Shown piece by piece: positions 18,661 to 27,260 of a stretch of DNA of 42,241 bases. Origin of the DNA: a virus (lineage: Duplodnaviria; Caudoviricetes); the IMG/VR virus record IMGVR_UViG_3300037462_000310, positions 1 through 42,241 of that record, one strand, 5' to 3'. The position numbers and the translations under genes are program-made. The number at the start of each line of letters is the position of its first letter. Position 1 is the stretch's first letter. Below the pieces are notes generated by a model, which saw only the letters and a program-made list of their open reading frames with translations, made no database searches and had not been told where the DNA came from.

Positions 18661-19158
18661 TCAACCAGGTACGGCAGACCGGGTCAGGGCCTCGGTGATC
18701 GCATCCAGGATGTTGGTCTGGTCCTCGGCCGAGACGCCCAGGAAGGGCCGGGCCGGGATGTTGCCCCAGGGGATCGGGCCATTGCGAGAGGTGCGCCCAA
18801 AGGCTCCCTGCGCCGCGCCGAACTGCTGGACTGCCGCATAGACCATCGGCGAGCCCCACGTGACGCTGTCCGATGCCGCTTCGTAGAAGATCTGCGACGA
18901 CAGCGCGCCCGACGGGCCGAAGAGCGGGCGGATGTCGATCCGGTTCGAGGTGCGGGCGCCATAGCGGTTCAGAGTGGTCTGCGACTTCGGGGCCCAGCGG
19001 CTGCCGTCCGGGGCTATGCCCTGGGGAAAGCGCTGCTTGGTCGAATCGACCATGATCTCGCCGATCTCCTGCATGACGGGCGTCATGTCGGACAGCGCGG
19101 CAGAAAGCCGGAGCAGCGCCCCGGTGATCTCGTCGTCGGTGATGATCAGGTCAGGCAT
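18661..19158 (-). CDS. Virion morphogenesis protein (Mu gpG/gp31)
   Basis: PDGSRWAP, YAAVQQFG, IPARPFLG. Confidence 0.92.
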   Translation of the reverse strand: MPDLIITDDEITGALLRLSAALSDMTPVMQEIGEIMVDSTKQRFPQGIAPDGSRWAPKSQTTLNRYGARTSNRIDIRPLFGPSGALSSQIFYEAASDSVTWGSPMVYAAVQQFGAAQGAFGRTSRNGPIPWGNIPARPFLGVSAEDQTNILDAITEALTRSAVPG

Positions 19159-19197
19159 GCCGTGCGCCTCTGGTCAGGCGACCGGCCTCTCAGCCGG

Positions 19198-19509
19198 TCA
19201 GGCGAACTCGTAATGCTTCGGTGCAGCCGCAAAGCGCCAGAAGTCCGGATCCGCATCTGTGATGCCCACGTCCCCGGCCCGCGCAGCCTCGGTCTGATAG
19301 AACTCGCGCACGATGGCATCTGCCCGCTCTTCGCTTTTCGCAGCATCCCATGCCGTGGTGAACGCCTGGTAGCGGTCGACAGCGCTCGGGATTTCAAAGC
19401 CTGCGGCATGCCACCGTTCGGCCTGATCGCGGGATCCGACATAGCCGACAAGCGCCCCACGGCCGTCGCTTCCGACCGGTGCATCCAGCGTGTCATCCCA
19501 GATCTTCAC
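19198..19509 (-). CDS. Hypothetical protein; candidate immunity protein of the MuF toxin
   Basis: 103 aa, acidic, overlaps the toxin 3' end by 17 bp. Confidence 0.55.
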   Translation of the reverse strand: MKIWDDTLDAPVGSDGRGALVGYVGSRDQAERWHAAGFEIPSAVDRYQAFTTAWDAAKSEERADAIVREFYQTEAARAGDVGITDADPDFWRFAAAPKHYEFA

Positions 19510-20884
19510 TCATCAGCTCCTTCGGGCGGCGGGTCCACTCGCCGGGGGGAAGCTCCTCCAGATCGATGATCAGACGGAGCCCATCGAATGTGCGCCCCGT
19601 GACCCTAAATTGCAACCCTCGACCCAAAAGGACTTCCAGCTCAGAAGGAATTGTCGACAGGTGCGCGATGCTGCGGCCAGTGCGGGACTGGATGCGGAAC
19701 CGGACCGGCCCGGGAAAAGCATTCTCGGCCTTGGCTGAGGTGCTGGTGAACCCACGGAACGCAATCACGTCTCCCGGATTCAGGCTTTCAAGCCGAGGCC
19801 CGTAGCCCCGGGGCATCCGTTTGACGCCGCGGATGACCTGGCCCTCAACCTTCGGCAGCTTCGCCATCGCTCGATCAATGACTCTGGCGATCAGGAAGTA
19901 GGGGTCCTTCATGGATCCACGGCCGACCGCGATCTCGCGCAGCGCCCGGTTCATCGCCTTGTACCAGTTGCCCGTGTAAAGAAGGATCGCGGCCTTCTCC
20001 GGCACGGACAAGCGCGGTTCGTCACGGCCGCGCGCCAGATCGATGAGCTCTTGCGCATAGGCCTTTCCGACGGCCGCAGTCATCAGCGATTCCATCGCAG
20101 CCTCTTCGCCCGCAACCCTTCGCGCTTCCAGCTCGATGGCCAGGGCGTCGGCCAGGGGCTCAGGCAGCTGGGCCCGCTTTGCCTCGATCGACGCAATGAT
20201 GTCGTCACTGACGGTCGCGCCCGGTGCGTAGGCCCAGCCTTTGTCGATGCCGATGGGGGCTCCCGTTCTTGGATCGACCGTTTGCCAGCCGTCCTCAAGC
20301 GCCTTCCCAGGCTTGCCACCCACCCGCTTCGCCCCTTCCCGGCTGCGCGCCCCGGTGACGTAGCAGCTGCAGCCCCAGCCGTTCGGCGGCGCGTGGGTCG
20401 CCCAGAAGGGATGGTCGGCTTCCAGGATCAGCCCGTCCCAGCCCAGGTGTTGAACACGGGGTTCTACACTACCACCGTGGCGGTAGACGTAGAAGGCGAA
20501 CCCACCCTCGCGCAGCTGGGCCAGGCGACCGGCGGCATAGCTGGTGGCAAGGTTGGTCTTGTAAATGACCTTCGTTCGCCAGGCCTCGCCCTTCTTCGAC
20601 CCCTCGCCCGCCCAGCCGTGCCAGCCGTTCTTCTCGACGATCTCGCGGAAGTCCTTGCGGAAGCTCTCCAGCGTCCCGCCGTTCGTGATCGCCTTGTCGA
20701 CGGCTGCCGCCAGATCCGCAAGCAGCTCGGCCTTCATTGCACCCGCCACGACGAAGGCGCGGTCGTGCTGGGACTGCCACAGATCCTGCCAGGTCGCCGT
20801 GGGCACCTGGTTGGCAAGGCGGATGCGCCAAGCCGCGAGCTGCTGCGCGAAGGGCTTGCCGAAGGTGGCCGTGAAGTCGGTCAT
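19493..20884 (-). CDS. MuF (gp30) head morphogenesis protein with C-terminal ADP-ribosyltransferase domain
   Basis: N-term AFVVAGA, R..H..WDG, HPFWATHAPPNGWGCSC; C-term YT...Y..MNRALR, IRG, FTSTS, ELEVLL. Confidence 0.88.
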   Translation of the reverse strand: MTDFTATFGKPFAQQLAAWRIRLANQVPTATWQDLWQSQHDRAFVVAGAMKAELLADLAAAVDKAITNGGTLESFRKDFREIVEKNGWHGWAGEGSKKGEAWRTKVIYKTNLATSYAAGRLAQLREGGFAFYVYRHGGSVEPRVQHLGWDGLILEADHPFWATHAPPNGWGCSCYVTGARSREGAKRVGGKPGKALEDGWQTVDPRTGAPIGIDKGWAYAPGATVSDDIIASIEAKRAQLPEPLADALAIELEARRVAGEEAAMESLMTAAVGKAYAQELIDLARGRDEPRLSVPEKAAILLYTGNWYKAMNRALREIAVGRGSMKDPYFLIARVIDRAMAKLPKVEGQVIRGVKRMPRGYGPRLESLNPGDVIAFRGFTSTSAKAENAFPGPVRFRIQSRTGRSIAHLSTIPSELEVLLGRGLQFRVTGRTFDGLRLIIDLEELPPGEWTRRPKELMSEDLG

Positions 20885-20888
20885 GACC

Positions 20889-22520
20889 TCAGTCCTCGGC
20901 TTCCACCTCGACCGAAACCCGACCCCCGGCATGGGCGGCCAGCAGGCCCATCGCCAGGACCTGCGCCAGCGTGTCGGAGTCCAGATCGGGATAACCCGCC
21001 AGCAGCATCTCGCGCAGTTCGGGCAGGCTGGTGGCCTTCGCCATCATCTCCTCGATCTGGTCCAGCATCACCTCCATCGCGGGGGCGGCTTCGACCATCA
21101 TCCGGGCCGCCAGGGCGTCATCCGGGGAGGGGGCGGATTTCCGGGCCGTGGAGGCGATCTTCTCGCTCTGGGGTTCGACGATACGTCCAGAGGCCTCACC
21201 CCGTTTAAAAACGGCTCCTGCACCGTTTAAATCGCCAGATGCGCCCGCGGGGTCCGGTGCTGGTGCGGCCGGGGCGCTCCTGGCCATCAGTTTAGCCCCT
21301 GATTTGGGGGCCGACAGCCCGAACTTCTCCCGCACCTCTGCCTGGTCCACTTCCAGGCCGCGGTCGATCATCGGGCCCACGGCGTCCGCGAAGGCCTTCA
21401 GGTCCTCGGACTCCTCCCGCGCGATGATCAGCCGGGGACAGGACTTCAGAGGGAAGCCATTCAGCTGCATCCAGGGCCGGATCAGATCCCGGTTCAGGAC
21501 GGCCGCCAGCGCCTTGGCGTCGGCCCGCTCGATGTCCTCCTGGACCTGTCGGTGTTCCTTGCCGGACCCCAAGCCACCGGTCTTCGCGTCCGTGGTGGCC
21601 GTCTGCCCCAGGACCAGCTTCGAGACCTGCTCGTCCAGCCACTCGGCGCGCTCTTTGTACAGGGCATGGGCCGCGCCGACGTTCGCCGCCTCGACGAAGT
21701 CGATCATCATCGACTCTGGCACGATGGCGGCACAGTCTCCGGCGATGTTGCTGACGGCCCGCAGAAGGGTCCGCTTGTCCTCTTCGCTGGCGTTCGGTCC
21801 GAACTTGCCCAGGCGCAGGGGCTGGCCATAGGTCTGGGTGAAGATCGCCCAGTCGCGCTCGGTGAACTTCTTGAAGAGGTAGGGCCAGACCGCGATCCGC
21901 GCGAGGCCCGCCCGGATCGGCAGGCCGGACTTTGCCTTGATGGTGGCGAAGATGAACTTGAAGGCGGGCATGGGCGACTCTTGCCCATGCTCGCTCAGCA
22001 GAAGCGGCGTCGTCAGGTTGTGCCGGTCGAAGCGGAACCAGAGCGGGTCGCGCAGCTCCAGCTTCTGCGGCATCCACTGCCCTTCCGAGGTGTCCCATAG
22101 GATCTCGGTGGCAGAGTACCCTTTGCCCAGCGTGTCGAGGATGTCGAAGATCTCGTCGGCCAGCTCGTCGCGGTCCAACCAGGTCTCGACCATCTTGGCC
22201 TTCTCGACGTCCTCGGCCGCGTCCGAGGCGGGCTTGACGGTGATCGGCAGCTGGCTGACCGCCAGGCGACGGGTGCGAAGAACGCCCGAATAGTGCGGAT
22301 CGCGCTCCTCGATCGTCTCGGCCAGCTCGAGATAATGGATCGCGTCCCCGGCATCTGCGGCCTTCAGGATCGCCCCCAGGCGCGACGGAGTCAGGCCGTC
22401 GCCGGGATAGCCCGTGGTGGGCGACCGGACTCCGCTCGTGGTCGCGGCCGCGACCTCGGCCTTCAGCTCAGCCTTGCGGACAGGCTCGCCACGGTGGTCA
22501 AGCAGCTGGGCGGTTTTCAT
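20889..22520 (-). CDS. Portal protein (Mu gp29 / DUF935)
   Basis: EERDPH, YGQPLRLGK, SKLVLGQTAT. Confidence 0.93.
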   Translation of the reverse strand: MKTAQLLDHRGEPVRKAELKAEVAAATTSGVRSPTTGYPGDGLTPSRLGAILKAADAGDAIHYLELAETIEERDPHYSGVLRTRRLAVSQLPITVKPASDAAEDVEKAKMVETWLDRDELADEIFDILDTLGKGYSATEILWDTSEGQWMPQKLELRDPLWFRFDRHNLTTPLLLSEHGQESPMPAFKFIFATIKAKSGLPIRAGLARIAVWPYLFKKFTERDWAIFTQTYGQPLRLGKFGPNASEEDKRTLLRAVSNIAGDCAAIVPESMMIDFVEAANVGAAHALYKERAEWLDEQVSKLVLGQTATTDAKTGGLGSGKEHRQVQEDIERADAKALAAVLNRDLIRPWMQLNGFPLKSCPRLIIAREESEDLKAFADAVGPMIDRGLEVDQAEVREKFGLSAPKSGAKLMARSAPAAPAPDPAGASGDLNGAGAVFKRGEASGRIVEPQSEKIASTARKSAPSPDDALAARMMVEAAPAMEVMLDQIEEMMAKATSLPELREMLLAGYPDLDSDTLAQVLAMGLLAAHAGGRVSVEVEAED

Positions 22521-22524
22521 TGGG

Positions 22525-22794
22525 TTACCTCGTCGGTTTGGGCGGCGGCGGTCCAGTCGGACCTTCCGGCGGCGGAGTCCACTCCTCGGGGAAGCCCACC
22601 GCGCGCCGCTCGGTTTCGAAGCGGATGCCATATTCGCAGAAGACGCGGGCCGAGGCCGGAACCTGGCGCACCCAATAATGCTCCAGCCAGACGCGGACCC
22701 CATCGCGCATCACGACCGGGAACCAAGCGAACACCAGTTGCCACTGGCCCCGTCGCTCCGCCTCTTGTTCTGGCGTCTCAGGGACCCAGCGCAT
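22525..22794 (-). CDS. Hypothetical protein inserted between terL and portal
   Basis: FAWFPV...VWLE motif; coupled to the terL stop. Confidence 0.7.
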   Translation of the reverse strand: MRWVPETPEQEAERRGQWQLVFAWFPVVMRDGVRVWLEHYWVRQVPASARVFCEYGIRFETERRAVGFPEEWTPPPEGPTGPPPPKPTR

Positions 22795-24443
22795 CAGATC
22801 GTTCCTCTAAGTCCGGCCCCTAGCGGCGGGCGGTAGGGGTCGCGGGCCTCGTCATCGTCGTCGGGGCCTTGCGCCGCGCTGCTCTGCCGGGTGGCGCTGA
22901 TCGGGCGGTAGTCGTACTCGACCCAGCGCATCCGGCTGGCCCAATGTGCCAGGGCCAGGGCGATGGCATAGTCGCCGTGGCGCTTCTTGCCCGTCTCGCC
23001 TTCGCGCAGGGAGGGGACGCGGGGAATACCGCGTTGAAGTTTGATGGTCCGCAAGTCGGTCAGGTGTTCCGAATCCTTCGCGATGGCGATCGCGTCGTCT
23101 TCGAACGCCGCCTTCAGGGGCGGCATGTGCACCCGGTACCACTCCTCGGTGAACTTCAGGGCCATGACGAGGCCCGAGCCTTCCTCGTGATCCTCGCGCA
23201 GGCCGAACTTCCGGCCCATATCCTCGGCGACAGTCCAGCCCATCCCGGTCGCGTCGAAAGCCGCTCCGACGAGGCGACCCCGAACCTTGTCCAGGACCTT
23301 GCCGGTGATCTCCTTCTGCTCGATGCCCGGCACATTGCGGAGTTCAAAGACCAGTTCCTGGCGGCGTTTAAGGTTGGGTTCAATGGCCAGTAAACAGCCC
23401 ACCGTGAGGTCAGCGACGCGGGCAAAGTCGAAGCCGAAGGCGTAGCGGGGCGCTAGATCAAGCCCGTCAAGGGCCTCGTCCAGTTCCGCCATGAACTCGG
23501 CAATCTCGATCTTCTGCTGAAGGCGGGACATGTGAAGGTAGTCCGGCGGAAGGTTCAGCCGCAGGATGGGCGTCGTCACCGTCATCCGCGCCTCGATCAG
23601 CGGGGCCGACAGCCAGGCGCCGGAGGACAGGCTGGGGACGCAGAAGAGTTCCTCGTCTGCCCCGTCGCCATAGAAGTCGATGATGTCCTGCCGCCACTTC
23701 GCCTCGGCCTCCGGCGTCCAGGTCTTGCCGGTGACCAGCGCGATCCGCTGGTACAGCCCCTCGTTCAGCGCCTGGTCGAAGTCGATCCGCAGGTGGGCAT
23801 ACTTCGACCGGCCCGACAGGATGTCCTGGATGGCCTGGTTGAACGGGTTCTCGGCCCCGTCGTGGGTGGAGCAGACGACGACCTGGCCGCCCCACATCAG
23901 GAAGGCGAGCGCCGCCTTCAGAAGCTCGGCCAGCTGGTCGACGAAGGCAGCCTCGTCGATGATCACCACGCCCTGCTTGCCGCGCAGCCCGCGCGGGGCG
24001 GACGACAGCGCCATGATCTCGAAGCCCGAGGCGAACTTGATCCGGAAGGCGTTGATCGCCTTGTCGGCCTCGCCCTGGTCGAAGAGCGTCTCCTCGACGG
24101 CCGCCGCGGCGCTGTCGAAGGCGCGGGCCCACATGGCGCAGGCGTCGATGAACTCGCGCGTCATCTCGCGGCTGTAGGAGATGTACATGACGTCCATCCC
24201 GCCCGCCGACTTTTGCCGACCGGCGCGAAGGACGGCATAAGCGGCCAGCCCCCAGGTCAGCCCGATCCGCCGCGACTTCTCGACAAAGAGGACCGGGCAG
24301 GCGCTGTCCAGCAGCCCGACCGCCCGCGCCTGATAGGGGAGCAGGACGGCAGGCAGCCCATGCGCTTTCACCTCGGCCGGGATCGAGGCCATGGCGGCGG
24401 CGCGGGCGTCGGCCCAGGCCTTCTCGGTCAGGGGGGCGGTCAT
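22794..24443 (-). CDS. terL: Terminase large subunit (Mu gp28)
   Basis: LLPYQ, KSRRIGLTW, LRGKQG.VIIDEAAF, GFDFAR, HGDYA. Confidence 0.95.
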   Translation of the reverse strand: MTAPLTEKAWADARAAAMASIPAEVKAHGLPAVLLPYQARAVGLLDSACPVLFVEKSRRIGLTWGLAAYAVLRAGRQKSAGGMDVMYISYSREMTREFIDACAMWARAFDSAAAAVEETLFDQGEADKAINAFRIKFASGFEIMALSSAPRGLRGKQGVVIIDEAAFVDQLAELLKAALAFLMWGGQVVVCSTHDGAENPFNQAIQDILSGRSKYAHLRIDFDQALNEGLYQRIALVTGKTWTPEAEAKWRQDIIDFYGDGADEELFCVPSLSSGAWLSAPLIEARMTVTTPILRLNLPPDYLHMSRLQQKIEIAEFMAELDEALDGLDLAPRYAFGFDFARVADLTVGCLLAIEPNLKRRQELVFELRNVPGIEQKEITGKVLDKVRGRLVGAAFDATGMGWTVAEDMGRKFGLREDHEEGSGLVMALKFTEEWYRVHMPPLKAAFEDDAIAIAKDSEHLTDLRTIKLQRGIPRVPSLREGETGKKRHGDYAIALALAHWASRMRWVEYDYRPISATRQSSAAQGPDDDDEARDPYRPPLGAGLRGTI

Positions 24444-24664
24444 GTGGCGAACCCCATGAAGTTCTCGCGGATCGCGGCGGTCTTGCACCGGCTCCACAGC
24501 CGCCACAGGGCATCCTGCGACTTCCGCCGCCGATTAGCGCGGGCATAGGCCCGGCGCATGTCCTTAGGAACCAGCGGCCAGTGCTTCGCGCAGATCCACT
24601 CCTTGAAGTCCGGAGCATGGGTGCGGCGACAACCGGGGACGATGCAGGTGACGCGCTCGCTCAC
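24440..24664 (-). CDS. Small putative Zn-binding protein (CxxPGC...CxxHW)
   Basis: GTGA/ATGA overlaps on both sides. Confidence 0.72.
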   Translation of the reverse strand: MSERVTCIVPGCRRTHAPDFKEWICAKHWPLVPKDMRRAYARANRRRKSQDALWRLWSRCKTAAIRENFMGFAT

Positions 24665-24933
24665 CCCTTGCCCTCCATCCGCTCGACCTTCTGGCCCAGG
24701 ATCGCGGCGGCGGCCTTGGCAACCAGCGCCCAGATGGTCTGGCCCCGGGCATGGCGCTGGATCAGGAAATCATCCGCATCGCGATCAGTGCCAAGGCTTG
24801 CGACCTCGTCCTCGGTCCACTCGACGCTGAAGTCGTCAGTGACCGTGGCGCCGTCGTTGATGATGCCGCCGCAGGGAACGAATTCCGCCTCGGCAATCAC
24901 CCGCCCGTTCAGCTTGATCTCGACGGTCAGCAT
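24661..24933 (-). CDS. Hypothetical protein (90 aa)
   Basis: Overlapping coupled gene; HARGQTIWALV motif. Confidence 0.72.
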   Translation of the reverse strand: MLTVEIKLNGRVIAEAEFVPCGGIINDGATVTDDFSVEWTEDEVASLGTDRDADDFLIQRHARGQTIWALVAKAAAAILGQKVERMEGKG

Positions 24934-25190
24934 GACGAGTCTTCAGGCAGTGTCACGCGGTCGGGCTTGAAGATCGACCGATTGATGGCCATGAAGCCCT
25001 GCTCGATCTGGGTGCGACCGATGGCCAGCCAGCGCTTGTCGATGGTCTCGTTCGGCTGCGCTGCCAGCCAGTCCAGCGTGCGAAGGATTTCCTCTTCGGC
25101 CTGCTTGTTGGCGTTGACCAGTTCCACCGCCATCGGGCTCTGTGCCTTGTAGCCCGCCACCGGCAGGCCTTCGTGCTTCGGTTCGGTCAC
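24927..25190 (-). CDS. acb2: Acb2-like anti-CBASS cyclic-oligonucleotide sponge
   Basis: GY(14)...N..K(29) and RWLAIGRTQIEQGFMAINRSIFKP match my recollection of Acb2 (GY...NxxK, [24 protein letters not shown]). Confidence 0.8.
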   Translation of the reverse strand: MTEPKHEGLPVAGYKAQSPMAVELVNANKQAEEEILRTLDWLAAQPNETIDKRWLAIGRTQIEQGFMAINRSIFKPDRVTLPEDSSC

Positions 25191-25771
25191 TTCGTCACCC
25201 CCAGGATTTCAGACTTGATCTGCTCGGCCGTCTCGGCGGTCAGGCCCTTGGCCTTGGCCACGGCATCCACCGCCTCGCCCAGCTTTTCCTGCAGCTGCGC
25301 GGTCTCTTTCGTTTTCCGGGCACTGGACAGGTTCTGTGCCGCCTGTGCCGACCGGAAGGCATCGGCCAGTTCCTTCAGCTGCTTCGGCGCGATCCCGTCG
25401 GCCGCATCGCCCAGCATGTGCAGGACGACCGACTTGATCATCTCGCCCGCGATGATGGTCAGGTCGTCGGACGCCTTGGCATCGTGCTTTTCGGCCAGCA
25501 CCGCCACGATCTCGCGGGTCTGGTCCAGGCGGCGGGACAGGCGCGCCTGCCGCAGTGAGAAGCGGTTGAAGCTGCTGAACGCCGGGATGCGGAACTCCAG
25601 CTCGCCCCGATGCTCGGCCATCAGCGCCTGACACTTGGTCACGAACTCGGCGTAGATGTCGGTCTGGGTCTTGTCGCGGTCAGCAAGCTCGCCCGCCGCC
25701 CAGGCGACGATGGCGTCCGCCTCGGTCGGCAGGGTTTCAAAGGACGAAAGCCGCCCGCGTCCGGTGGCCAT
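25187..25771 (-). CDS. terS: Terminase small subunit (Mu gp27 / DUF3486)
   Basis: GRGRLSS..LP N-terminus, SSFNR, GL...I...ILG C-terminus. Confidence 0.85.
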   Translation of the reverse strand: MATGRGRLSSFETLPTEADAIVAWAAGELADRDKTQTDIYAEFVTKCQALMAEHRGELEFRIPAFSSFNRFSLRQARLSRRLDQTREIVAVLAEKHDAKASDDLTIIAGEMIKSVVLHMLGDAADGIAPKQLKELADAFRSAQAAQNLSSARKTKETAQLQEKLGEAVDAVAKAKGLTAETAEQIKSEILGVTK

Positions 25772-25774
25772 GGC

Positions 25775-26077
25775 TCATTCCCCCGGGCGCGAGGGGCGCT
25801 TGACGCCCTCGATCACGATGGCGCGGCGCAAGTGGCGGTGGCCTTTCTCGGTCAGGGTGGCGACGACGACGGTGCCCGGCTTCAGGAGGGTGACCGCCCC
25901 CATCTCGGCCAGCCAGTCGAGCTCGCCGTGCACCCACTCGCGCGGGCGATCGATGCCGAACCGTGCCAGCTCTTCGACCAGGTAGCCGGAGTGCAGACGC
26001 TCGTCGACCTGCCCGGCCAGCGCCTTCAGGATGATCAGCCGCGCGTCCTCGCGGATGATCGTGTCCATGTCCTTCAC
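25775..26077 (-). CDS. Mu gp26-like winged-helix protein
   Basis: RLIILKAL...ELDWLAEMG...ATLTEKG...GVKRPS. Confidence 0.85.
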   Translation of the reverse strand: MKDMDTIIREDARLIILKALAGQVDERLHSGYLVEELARFGIDRPREWVHGELDWLAEMGAVTLLKPGTVVVATLTEKGHRHLRRAIVIEGVKRPSRPGE

Positions 26078-26418
26078 GACTTGCCCCCATGTTCCATCAT
26101 CCACTCCTGGGCGCGCTCCGTCACCGCCTCGAGCGGCTTTAGGCGCTGGGTCAGGACCGAGATCACGCCGTTGAGCTCGGTAAGCTTGACCTCCAGGTCG
26201 TGGAAATCCTTCTGCTTGGGCATTTCCCGATGTGCCAGCTCGACCGCCGAAAGACGGCCGTCGAGCTTCCGCAGGATATCGGCCTGCTCCTCAAGCTTGG
26301 CCGAGTTCTTCTTCGAAGGGCCGCTGAAGATGTTCCAGACGACAGTGCCGAAGTTGATCAGGGTCGAGAGCGCGAGCGCCCAAACGATCAGGACCTGAAC
26401 GGTGGTATCCTCGGGCAT
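26074..26418 (-). CDS. Membrane-anchored coiled-coil protein (DUF2730 / Mu gp25-like)
   Basis: N-terminal TM segment, RLSAVE...MP motif; synteny. Confidence 0.72.
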   Translation of the reverse strand: MPEDTTVQVLIVWALALSTLINFGTVVWNIFSGPSKKNSAKLEEQADILRKLDGRLSAVELAHREMPKQKDFHDLEVKLTELNGVISVLTQRLKPLEAVTERAQEWMMEHGGKS

Positions 26419-26930
26419 TACTTCGCTGCCCCCGACCACTTCGACACCATGTCTTTCAGCGTGTGGCCGCCCATGTAGAGGCCCATGTACAATCCGGTGA
26501 AGCCCAGAAGGTGCTCCCACGGCGCAGCGGGCAGGGCGATCTTCCAGATGGCGTTGGCGACATGCAGCCCGACGATCTGGTAGAACCACAGGAACAGGAC
26601 GAACCACATGCCTGCGGGGCGCCAGGCCGCCTTCCAGCCGCCCTCGGCCATCTCGGCCTGAAGCAGGGTGAACTGGTGTTCCAGCCCCTTGGTGTAGAGC
26701 GCGATCAGCTCGGGCGTCATCGGCTCCACCTGGCGCATGGCGTCCAGGACCTTGCCGGGGTTCTCGTCGGCCATCGTCTCCAGGTCCTCGACCTTCGCCC
26801 CGGCGCGCGCGGCGATGGTGTTCAGGACATCGGTGGCAAGGGTGCCACCGGCGTCCCCCAGCTTGCGCTGAAGGATGGCGGCGATGGATGGCAGCCCGGA
26901 TTTCAGGGCGATTCCGATCAAGGGTGCCAT
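26418..26930 (-). CDS. Putative holin (3TM-holin-like)
   Basis: WRP followed by TM helices, YMGGHT; lysis cluster. Confidence 0.68.
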   Translation of the reverse strand: MAPLIGIALKSGLPSIAAILQRKLGDAGGTLATDVLNTIAARAGAKVEDLETMADENPGKVLDAMRQVEPMTPELIALYTKGLEHQFTLLQAEMAEGGWKAAWRPAGMWFVLFLWFYQIVGLHVANAIWKIALPAAPWEHLLGFTGLYMGLYMGGHTLKDMVSKWSGAAK

Positions 26931-26933
26931 GTA

Positions 26934-27260
26934 TCAGGTCTCCGATCCGGCAGGGGTGGGTTCGTGGTCGGTCCAGTTCGTTCCGGACGCGATGAAACAG
27001 GCCTTGTCGCCGGGGATCACGCCGATGACTGTCCAGGTGTCGCCCTGGGGATGGGCAAACAGCAAAAGCCGTGTCCCGTTCGGTCCCTGGCCCTCGCCGA
27101 CCAGCTGTTCGTCGAACTGGTCCGCCAGATAGGTCAGGACTTGATCCACGCTGTCACACTGCAGCGGCTGGGCCTTTACGGGATCGGCCAGCAGCAGGAC
27201 CGAAATCAACACGACCATTCCGGTCAACAAACCCACAAACCAGCGGGAAAAACGGGCCAT
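26934..27260 (-). CDS. Secreted/periplasmic hypothetical protein
   Basis: Signal peptide, two Cys, GDTWTV...ACFIASG. Confidence 0.72.
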   Translation of the reverse strand: MARFSRWFVGLLTGMVVLISVLLLADPVKAQPLQCDSVDQVLTYLADQFDEQLVGEGQGPNGTRLLLFAHPQGDTWTVIGVIPGDKACFIASGTNWTDHEPTPAGSET

